This document shows positions 36,642 through 48,600 of a DNA stretch of 55,658 nucleotides, one piece after another. Position numbers and translations under genes: made by a program. Below the pieces are notes generated by a model, which ran no database searches, was not told the DNA's origin, and saw only the letters and a program-made list of their open reading frames with translations. The DNA lies in IMG/VR virus record IMGVR_UViG_3300025687_000056, positions 1-55,658 of that record; one strand, 5' to 3'. This DNA is from a virus (lineage: Duplodnaviria > Caudoviricetes). The stretch's first letter is position 1, and each line of letters begins with the position of its first letter.

Positions 36642-39600
36642 TTATTTATTTTTTAATTTTTCAATTTCTTGTTTTAAGTTATCTATTTGGTCTTGTTGTT
36701 CTTTAATACCTTCAATTAACAGACCTACTAAGTTACCATATGCTACTGATAAATATCCTTCAGAATCAGTTGAAACTGCTTCTGGGGCTACTTTTTCAAT
36801 TTCTTGGGCAATAACACCCATTTTTCTCTTAGTTTGATCAGTATCCGTTTTTAAGAAAGTAACACCTCTAATTTCTTTAATTTTTTCTATAGCATTTTCA
36901 ATTACTTGAATTTCAGTTTTCTTTCTAATATCTGAAGATGCTATGATATCTCCTGAGGCATATATTGAATCACCTGATACATCTAGAGCTACATGTAATG
37001 GATAACTTGGAGCTGCTGTTCCAATACCTACTCTTTTGTCGTTTCTAACTATTAGAATACTAGTTCTAGAATCATCAACAAATTGAGCACAATAAGTAGC
37101 AGAAGTTGTTCCTGTACCTCTAACAGCAAATTCTGTGGATGATGGAGGAGTGTTAGTTGAAACATCATATCCTACAAATACACCTTTATCACGACTAACA
37201 GTATCAGTATCCATTAAGATTGACTTATATGCTCCTGAACCAGCTCCGTAGTTGTAGCCAGCAAATTGAGTATAAGATGTATTACTGTATGGGAAAATAA
37301 ATCCAGAAGCAGAACCGCCTGTTTGACCACATCCAAAGAAGGCATAAGTGTCGTCTCTGAAGTCCATAATTGAGGTTCCATTGCCTGTTTCTACTACAAA
37401 GTTTTTAGTTGCGGATGTAGTACCTGATCCTTTAACACTTAATGTAGCATTAGCTGAAGCTCCGCTTCCTACTTTTAAATAGGATCCATCAAATGTTAAA
37501 TTAGCTTCACCATTAATAGTTGATGTACCAGTAGCTGTTAATACATAATTGTTTGTATTGTTAGATATAGTAGCAGCACCACTTGTACCTGATGAACCTG
37601 ATGTACCTGATGAGCCGCTAGTTCCTGATGAACCACTTGTACCACTAGCTCCAGCAGCACCTGAGGTACCAGATGAACCACTTGATCCTGAGGTACCAGA
37701 TGAACCACTTGATCCTGATGTTCCTGAGCTTCCACTTGTTCCACTTGTTCCAGCAGCTCCTGTTGCACCTGTTGCTCCTGAAGTACCACTTGATCCTGAT
37801 GAACCACTAGTTCCTGAACTTCCGCTTGAACCTGATGTTCCTGAGCTTCCTGAAGTACCAGATGAACCGCTTGTTCCTGAAGTACCTGCTGCACCTGCAG
37901 CACCTGTTGCTCCTGAGGTTCCTGATGAACCTGATGAGCCACTTGTTCCGCTTGAGCCACTTGACCCAGATGTTCCTGAACTGCCTGATGTACCAGATGT
38001 ACCTGATGTTCCTGAAGCACCACTAGCTCCTGAACTTCCACTTGTACCACTTGAACCTGAAGAGCCTGAAGTTCCTGAAGAACCTGAAGAACCTGAAGTT
38101 CCGCTTGAACCTGAAGTTCCGCTTGAACCTGATGTTCCGCTTGAACCTGATGTTCCTGAAGCACCTGGAGAACCAGTAGCTCCTGATGTACCTGAAGAGC
38201 CTGAGCTTCCACTAGTTCCTGAAGAACCTGAAGAGCCACTTGTTCCGCTTGAACCAGAGGTACCTGAAGAACCAGAGGTACCTGATGCGCCTGGAGAACC
38301 AGTTGCTCCTGAAGTACCTGAACTTCCTGATGAGCCACTTGTTCCGCTTGATCCTGATGAACCTGATGTTCCTGAACTTCCGCTTGTTCCTGATGACCCT
38401 GAAGTACCACTAGTACCTGGAGTACCCGGGGAACCAGTTGCTCCAGATGTTCCGCTTGAACCTGAAGAACCGCTTGTTCCACTTGATCCTGATGAGCCGC
38501 TTGTTCCTGAAGAACCTGATGTTCCACTACTTCCGCTTGTTCCTGAAGTACCAGGTGTTCCTGGAGAACCAGTAGCGCCTGATGTTCCTGATGAACCTGA
38601 TGAACCACTAGTTCCGCTTGAACCAGATGAGCCTGATGTTCCTGAAGAGCCTGATGTTCCTGAAGAGCCTGATGTACCGCTTGTACCTGCTGCTCCTGTA
38701 GCACCTGATGTACCTGAAGTACCATTAACACCACTTATACCTGAAGTACCAGATGATCCAGATGATCCAGATGTTCCAGATGAGCCACTAGAACCTGAAG
38801 TTCCTGATGAACCTGATGTTCCTGAACTTCCGCTTGTTCCGCTTGAGCCTGAGGTACCACTTGTACCAGCAGCTCCTGTAGCACCTGATGTTCCACTTGA
38901 ACCTGACGAACCACTAGTTCCACTTGAACCTGAGCTTCCGCTTGTTCCTGATGAACCGCTAGTTCCTGAAGAACCTGATGTTCCAGATGAACCACTTGTT
39001 CCTGATGAACCTGATGAGCCTGAAGTTCCTGATGAGCCGGATGAACCTGAAGTACCTGAACTACCACTAGTTCCTGATGAACCACTAGTACCTGAGTTAC
39101 CTGATGTTCCACTTGATCCACTTGAACCTGAAGTACCTGATGAGCCTGAAGAACCTGATGTTCCAGATGAGCCGCTTGTTCCTGATGAGCCTGATGTACC
39201 TGATGATCCTGAACTACCACTAGTCCCACTTGAACCTGAAGAGCCTGAAGTTCCTGATGATCCAGATGTTCCAGATGAACCTGAACTTCCTGATGTCCCA
39301 GATGAACCTGAACTTCCTGATGTTCCACTTGAGCCTGAAGTTCCAGAAGAACCTGATGTACCGCTTGTACCTGCTGCTCCTGTAGCACCTGATGTACCTG
39401 AGGAACCAGATGAGCCGCTTGTTCCACTAGAACCTGAGCTTCCACTTGTTCCACTTGAACCTGATGTTCCTGAACTACCGCTTGTTCCTGAGCTTCCTGA
39501 ACTACCTGAAGTTCCTGATGAGCCTGATGAACCTGAAGTACCTGAACTACCACTTGTGCCTGAAGAACCGCTTGTTCCTGATGAACCACTAGTTCCATTA

Positions 39601-42600
39601 ACACCACTTATACCTGAGGTACCACTGCTTCCTGATGAGCCAGAAGTACCTGATGAGCCACTAGAACCTGAAGTTCCAGAGCTTCCGCTTGTTCCTGATG
39701 AACCGCTAGTTCCTGATGATCCTGAGCTACCTGATGTACCACTTGATCCTGAAGAGCCTGATGTACCTGATGAACCAGAAGTTCCAGATGTTCCCGATGA
39801 ACCTGAACTACCAGATGTTCCAGAAGAACCTGAAGAACCTGATGTTCCACTTGAGCCTGATGTTCCTGAAGAGCCTGATGTTCCAGATGAACCACTTGAT
39901 CCAGAAGTTCCGCTTGAACCAGATGAACCAGAAGTACCTGATGAGCCACTTGTTCCTGATGAACCTGAAGTGCCACTTGAACCGCTTGTTCCAGATGAGC
40001 CAGATGATCCTGAAGTACCTGAAGAACCTGAGCTTCCTGATGTTCCTGAAGAACCACTAGTACCTGATGAACCAGAAGTACCTGATGAACCACTTGAACC
40101 ACTTGTTCCACTTGAACCACTTGAACCTGATGTTCCTGAACTGCCGCTAGTTCCACTTGAACCTGATGTTCCTGAAGAACCTGAAGTACCACTACTTCCG
40201 GATGAACCAGAAGTACCTGAACTACCTGATGAACCTGAAGTACCAGATGAGCCTGATGTACCTGAAGAACCACTTGTTCCACTCGAACCAGATGATCCTG
40301 AAGTTCCTGAAAAACCACTTGAGCCTGATGTTCCTGAAGAACCTGAAGTGCCGCTTGAACCAGAAGTTCCGCTTGAACCACTTGTTCCATTAACACCTGA
40401 TATACCTGAGGTACCAGAGCTACCACTTGAACCACTTGTACCTGATGAACCACTTGAGCCTGATGTTCCAGAGCTTCCACTTGTGCCTGAAGAACCACTT
40501 GTTCCTGATGAACCACTAGTTCCTGATGATCCTGAACTACCGCTAGTTCCGCTTGAACCTGAAGAACCTGAGGTGCCAGACGAGCCTGAACTACCTGATG
40601 TACCAGAAGAACCGCTTGTTCCTGATGAGCCTGATGTTCCAGATGAACCACTTGAACCGCTTGTTCCAGATGAGCCAGATGATCCTGAAGTACCTGAGCT
40701 GCCTGAAGTACCAGATGAACCACTTGTTCCACTTGAACCGCTTGTTCCACTTGAACCACTAGAGCCGCTTGTACCTGATGAACCGCTTGAACCTGATGTT
40801 CCACTAGAACCTGAAGTACCAGATGAGCCTGAAGTACCACTACTTCCTGATGAACCAGAAGTGCCTGAGCTACCTGAAGAACCTGATGTTCCAGATGAAC
40901 CTGAAGTTCCACTTGAACCGCTTGTGCCGCTTGAACCAGATGATCCTGAAGTTCCTGAAGAACCACTTGATCCACTTGTTCCGCTTGAACCTGATGTACC
41001 ACTAGAACCTGATGTTCCGTTTACACCACTTATACCTGAAGTACCACTTGATCCACTTGAACCACTAGTACCTGATGAACCTGATGAGCCAGAAGTTCCT
41101 GAAGAACCTGAAGTTCCTGATGAGCCACTTGTCCCAGAGCTTCCGCTAGTTCCAGAAGAACCAGAAGAACCGCTTGTTCCACTTGAACCAGAAGATCCAG
41201 AAGTTCCGCTTGAACCACTTGTTCCGCTTGAACCAGATGTTCCTGATGAACCGCTTGAGCCTGATGTTCCACTTGAGCCTGAACTACCTGATGTACCAGA
41301 AGAACCACTTGAACCTGAAGTACCAGAACTACCTGATGTTCCACTTGAACCTGAACTTCCGCTTGTTCCGGAAGAGCCTGAGCTACCTGAAGTACCTGAG
41401 CTACCTGAGGTTCCAGATGAACCGCTTGTACCACTTGAACCTGAGCTACCTGAAGTACCACTACTTCCTGATGAACCAGAAGTACCTGATGAGCCACTTG
41501 TTCCTGATGAACCTGAAGTGCCACTTGAACCACTAGTTCCACTTGAACCGCTTGAACCTGATGTACCACTAGAACCTGAAGAACCGGATGTTCCGCTAGA
41601 TCCTGATGTTCCAGAACTACCGCTAGTTCCTGAAGAACCGCTAGTTCCATTTACACCGCTTATACCTGATGTTCCTGATGAACCTGAGCTTCCGCTTGTT
41701 CCAGAAGAACCTGAACTACCTGAAGTTCCTGAAGAACCTGAAGTGCCACTTGAACCGGATGTTCCTGATGAGCCACTTGAACCTGATGTTCCACTTGAAC
41801 CTGATGAACCTGAAGTACCTGATGAGCCACTTGTTCCTGATGAGCCTGATGAACCGGATGTTCCTGAGCTACCTGAAGAGCCACTTGTACCAGAAGAGCC
41901 TGATGTTCCACTTGAACCAGATGATCCAGAAGTTCCACTTGAACCACTTGAACCTGAAGTACCAGATGAACCACTAGTACCTGATGAACCAGAAGTTCCT
42001 GATGAGCCACTACTACCTGAAGTACCAGATGAGCCACTACTTCCTGATGTTCCTGAACTACCACTTGTTCCTGATGAACCACTAGTACCTGAACTACCGC
42101 TTGTTCCTGAAGAGCCACTTGAACCACTAGTTCCTGATGAACCGGAACTACCTGAGGTACCTGATGAGCCACTTGTTCCGCTTGAACCTGATGTTCCTGA
42201 TGAACCAGATGAACCAGATGTTCCTGAGCTTCCTGAAGAGCCGCTTGTACCTGATGATCCTGAAGTTCCGCTTGAACCACTAGTTCCATTTACACCACTT
42301 ATACCTGATGTACCAGATGATCCTGAAGAACCGCTAGTACCTGATGAACCTGAAGAACCTGATGTTCCTGATGAGCCAGATGTTCCTGATGAGCCAGATG
42401 TTCCTGAGCTACCTGATGTACCTGAACTGCCTGATGAACCGCTAGTACCACTTGATCCTGAAGAACCGGATGTTCCAGATGAGCCAGAAGTACCTGATGA
42501 GCCAGATGTTCCAGATGAACCACTAGAACCTGATGTTCCTGAAGAACCAGAGCTACCTGATGTTCCTGAAGAACCTGAACTACCGCTAGTTCCTGAAGAA

Positions 42601-45600
42601 CCGCTAGTTCCAGATGAACCTGATGAACCAGATGTTCCGCTACTTCCAGAAGAACCAGAAGTACCACTTGAACCTGAAGTTCCTGAGCTTCCTGAAGTTC
42701 CAGATGAACCGGATGAACCACTAGTTCCGCTTGAACCTGATGAACCAGATGTTCCACTAGAACCTGATGTTCCAGATGAACCACTTGTTCCGCTTGAACC
42801 ACTAGTTCCAGATGAACCACTTGATCCTGAAGTTCCTGATGAACCGCTTGAACCACTAGTTCCGCTTGAACCTGATGTACCACTAGAACCTGAAGTTCCT
42901 GAAGAACCACTTGTTCCATTAACACCACTTATACCTGAAGTACCGCTACTACCACTTGAGCCGCTTGTACCTGATGAGCCTGATGAACCACTTGTTCCTG
43001 AAGAACCACTTGAACCACTTGTGCCTGATGAACCAGAGGTTCCGCTTGAACCTGAAGTACCAGAACTACCTGAAGTACCACTTGAACCTGAGCTACCACT
43101 AGTTCCTGATGAACCAGAGCTGCCTGAAGTTCCTGAACTACCTGAAGTACCTGATGAACCACTTGTACCTGAGCTTCCTGAACTACCTGAAGTACCACTA
43201 CTTCCTGATGAACCTGAAGTACCAGATGAACCACTTGTACCACTTGAGCCTGAAGTTCCTGATGAACCAGATGAACCGCTAGTACCAGATGAACCGGATG
43301 AACCACTAGTTCCGCTTGAACCTGAAGTTCCGCTTGAACCACTAGTACCTGAACTACCTGAAGTGCCAGATGAACCAGATGAACCTGATGTTCCGCTTGA
43401 GCCTGAGCTGCCTGATGTTCCGCTTGAACCTGAAGTACCTGAAGAACCACTTGTTCCTGAGCTGCCTGAACTACCTGAAGTTCCTGATGAGCCACTTGAA
43501 CCTGATGTACCTGAACTACCACTTGTTCCTGATGAACCACTAGTTCCATTCACACCACTTATACCTGAAGTACCTGAGCTGCCTGAAGAGCCGCTTGTAC
43601 CTGATGAACCACTAGAACCTGATGTTCCAGAGCTTCCACTTGTTCCTGATGAGCCTGAGGTTCCGCTTGAACCACTTGTTCCTGAAGAACCACTTGAACC
43701 ACTTGTACCTGATGAACCACTTGATCCAGATGTTCCTGATGAACCTGAAGTGCCAGAACTACCTGATGTTCCGCTTGAACCTGATGAGCCACTTGTTCCT
43801 GAAGAACCGCTAGAGCCACTTGTTCCACTAGAACCTGATGTTCCAGAGCTTCCGCTTGTTCCTGATGAACCTGAGCTGCCTGATGTTCCAGATGAGCCTG
43901 AGCTGCCTGATGTTCCTGATGATCCAGATGTTCCACTAGATCCAGATGTTCCAGATGAACCTGATGAACCTGAAGTTCCTGAGGATCCAGATGAACCTGA
44001 TGTACCACTAGATCCGCTTGTTCCGCTTGATCCTGAAGTTCCTGATGAACCAGATGTTCCTGATGAACCGGATGAGCCTGAAGTACCTGATGAACCTGAA
44101 CTACCACTAGTTCCTGATGAACCTGAAGTACCTGAACTACCACTAGTTCCTGAAGAGCCTGATGTACCATTTACACCAGATATACCTGAAGTACCTGATG
44201 AGCCTGAAGAGCCGCTTGTACCTGATGAGCCTGATGAGCCTGAAGTTCCTGAACTACCACTTGTTCCAGATGAACCAGAGGTTCCAGATGAACCAGATGA
44301 GCCTGATGTTCCAGATGAACCTGAGCTTCCTGAAGTACCAGATGAACCAGATGAACCTGAGGTTCCAGATGATCCACTAGTACCACTAGAACCTGAAGTT
44401 CCTGATGAGCCACTTGAACCACTTGTACCTGATGAACCACTTGATCCTGATGTTCCTGAAGAACCAGATGTTCCTGAAGAACCGCTTGTTCCGCTTGAAC
44501 CTGAAGTACCACTTGAACCTGATGAGCCTGATGTTCCACTTGAACCTGATGAGCCTGATGTTCCACTAGATCCACTAGTTCCACTGGACCCGCTAGTTCC
44601 GCTAGAACCTGAAGAGCCACTTGTACCTGATGAACCTGAGCTACCTGATGTACCACTTGATCCTGAAGTGCCTGATGAACCACTAGTTCCGCTTGATCCG
44701 CTAGAACCTGAAGTACCTGAGGAGCCTGATGAGCCTGATGTACCAGATGAACCGCTTGTACCACTTGAACCAGAAGTTCCACTTGAACCACTTGTTCCAT
44801 TAACACCGCTTATACCTGAAGTACCACTTGAACCAGATGATCCACTAGTACCAGATGAGCCGGATGTACCTGAACTTCCGCTTGTACCGCTTGATCCTGA
44901 AGAACCTGATGTTCCACTTGAACCTGAAGAACCAGAAGTACCTGAACTTCCAGAAGTTCCACTTGAACCAGAAGTTCCGCTTGATCCTGATGAACCTGAT
45001 GTACCTGATGAGCCTGAGCTGCCTGAGGTACCACTAGAACCAGATGTTCCTGAAGAACCTGAAGTTCCAGAAGAACCGCTTGTTCCGCTTGATCCAGATG
45101 AACCGCTTGTTCCGCTTGATCCTGAAGAGCCACTTGTGCCTGAGCTACCTGATGTACCAGAAGAACCTGATGTTCCTGATGAACCGCTTGAGCCACTAGT
45201 TCCTGATGAACCAGAGCTTCCTGATGTACCTGATGAACCTGAAGTTCCAGAAGAACCGCTTGTTCCATTTACACCACTTATACCTGATGTACCTGATGAT
45301 CCTGATGAACCACTAGTACCTGATGAGCCTGATGAACCTGAAGTACCACTAGAACCAGATGTTCCAGATGAACCTGAAGTACCTGAAGAACCTGAAGAAC
45401 CAGATGTTCCTGATGAACCGCTTGATCCAGATGTTCCTGAAGAACCTGAAGTTCCAGAAGAACCGCTTGTTCCGCTTGAACCACTAGATCCTGAAGTACC
45501 ACTTGATCCTGAAGAACCGCTTGTGCCTGAAGAACCTGAAGTTCCAGATGAGCCTGATGTTCCTGAAGAACCTGAAGTTCCGCTTGATCCGCTTGATCCA

Positions 45601-48600
45601 GATGTTCCTGAAGAACCTGATGAACCAGATGTTCCTGAAGAACCTGATGAACCACTTGTTCCTGATTCTCCTGAACTACCTGAACTACCTGAGGTGCCTG
45701 ATGAACCAGAGGTTCCACTAGAACCACTAGTACCATTTACACCACTTATACCTGATGTACCACTGCTTCCTGATGAGCCAGAAGTACCTGATGAACCACT
45801 TGATCCGCTTGTTCCGCTTGATCCTGAAGTTCCGCTTGAGCCACTTGTACCTGAAGAGCCAGAGGTTCCACTAGAACCACTTGATCCAGAAGTTCCAGAA
45901 GAACCTGATGAACCTGAAGTACCAGATGAACCGCTTGTTCCACTTGAACCTGAAGTTCCGCTTGAGCCTGAGCTACCACTAGTTCCTGATGATCCTGATG
46001 AACCACTTGTTCCGCTTGAGCCACTTGATCCAGATGTTCCTGAAGAGCCACTTGTACCTGATGATCCAGATGTTCCACTGCTTCCTGATGAGCCTGATGT
46101 TCCTGAAGAACCTGAACTACCTGAAGTTCCTGATGAACCACTAGTCCCTGATTCTCCTGAACTTCCACTGGAGCCTGAAGTACCAGATGAACCACTTGTT
46201 CCATTAACACCACTTATACCTGAGCTTCCGCTTGTTCCTGATGAACCAGATGAACCACTTGTTCCTGATGAACCGCTTGAACCTGAAGTTCCGCTTGAGC
46301 CACTTGTACCTGATGAGCCTGAACTACCTGAGGTGCCTGAAGAACCACTTGAGCCTGATGTACCTGATGAACCTGAAGTACCGGATGAACCGCTTGTTCC
46401 GCTTGAACCAGATGAGCCACTTGTTCCTGATGAACCTGAGCTACCAGATGTTCCTGATGAACCGCTTGTTCCGCTTGAACCTGAAGTTCCAGAAGAGCCA
46501 CTTGTTCCACTTGAACCTGAGCTACCTGAAGTGCCTGATGAACCGCTTGAGCCAGATGTTCCTGAAGAACCACTTGTACCTGATGAACCTGAGCTACCAG
46601 ATGTTCCTGAAGAACCACTTGAACCGCTAGTTCCTGATGAACCGCTTGTTCCGCTTGAGCCAGATGTACCATTTACACCTGATATACCTGAAGTACCAGA
46701 GCTGCCTGAAGAGCCGCTTGTACCTGATGAGCCTGATGAGCCTGAAGTTCCTGAGCTTCCACTGGAACCTGAAGTGCCAGATGAGCCGCTTGAGCCTGAT
46801 GTACCGCTTGAACCAGATGTTCCTGAAGAGCCGCTTGAGCCAGATGTTCCTGATGAACCACTTGAGCCAGATGTTCCACTTGATCCTGAAGAACCAGAAG
46901 TACCTGATTCTCCTGAACTTCCGCTTGAACCACTAGTTCCTGATGAACCAGAACTACCTGAGGTACCAGATGAACCTGAAGTACCATTAACACCTGATAT
47001 GCCTGAGGTACCTGAACTGCCGCTTGAGCCTGATGTACCACTTGAGCCTGAAGAACCAGAAGTGCCTGATTCTCCTGATGAACCACTTGAGCCAGAGGTT
47101 CCTGATGAACCACTTGAGCCTGATGTACCACTAGAACCTGATGTTCCATTTACACCACTTATACCTGAAGTACCTGAGCTGCCTGAAGAGCCACTTGTAC
47201 CTGATGAGCCTGAAGTTCCTGATGAACCTGATGTACCACTAGATCCGCTTGAACCTGATGTACCGCTTGAACCTGATGAGCCTGATGTTCCTGATGAACC
47301 ACTAGTGCCACTAGAACCTGAAGTACCAGAGGATCCTGAAGAACCTGAAGTGCCTGATGAACCTGATGAGCCTGAAGTGCCAGAAGAACCGCTTGTTCCG
47401 CTTGAGCCTGAACTTCCTGATGTGCCACTTGAACCGGAACTGCCTGATGTTCCTGATGAACCACTTGTTCCGCTTGAGCCTGATGTACCACTTGAACCGG
47501 AACTACCTGAGGTTCCTGATGAACCGCTTGAGCCTGAAGTTCCACTAGAACCAGAAGTTCCAGATGAACCACTAGTTCCTGATGAACCAGATGAACCAGA
47601 AGTACCAGATGAGCCTGAACTACCTGATGTTCCTGATGAACCAGAAGTACCAGATGAACCAGAAGTTCCATCTATACCACTAGTTCCAGAACTACCTGAG
47701 CTTCCGCTTGTTCCTGATGAACCGCTTGAACCTGAAGTACCAGAACTACCTGAAGTGCCTGATGAACCTGAAGTGCCAGAACTACCTGAACTTCCGCTAG
47801 TTCCTGAAGAACCTGATGAACCGCTAGTACCAGAACTACCTGATGTTCCGTCTATACCTGAAGTACCAGATGAGCCTGAACTACCTGAAGTTCCAGATGA
47901 GCCGCTTGAGCCACTTGTTCCTGAACTTCCACTTGTACCAGAACTACCTGATGTTCCTGATGAGCCTGATGTTCCACTTGAACCACTTGAGCCTGATGTA
48001 CCACTTGATCCTGATGAGCCAGAAGTACCATCTATACCTGAAGTGCCAGACGATCCTGATGAACCACTAGTACCTGATGAACCTGATGAACCACTTGTTC
48101 CGCTTGAACCTGAGCTTCCGCTTGTTCCTGATGAGCCACTTGAACCAGATGTTCCTGAAGAACCGCTTGTTCCGCTTGAGCCTGAACTGCCTGAAGTACC
48201 AGATGAACCTGATGAACCACTTGTTCCGCTTGAACCAGAGGTTCCTGAAGAGCCACTTGTTCCACTAGAGCCTGAGCTTCCGCTTGTTCCTGATGAACCG
48301 CTTGAACCTGAAGTTCCTGATGAGCCTGATGTACCAGATGAGCCTGATGTACCACTTGAGCCTGATGAGCCAGAGGTACCATCTATACCTGAAGTACCAG
48401 AAGAACCACTTGAACCTGAGGTACCTGATGAACCTGAACTTCCGCTAGTTCCTGAACTACCTGAAGTGCCAGATGAGCCACTAGTTCCGCTTGATCCTGA
48501 AGAACCAGATGTACCTGAAGATCCTGATGAACCTGAAGTTCCAGATGAACCACTAGTTCCACTTGAACCAGAGGTACCACTTGAGCCTGAACTTCCACTT

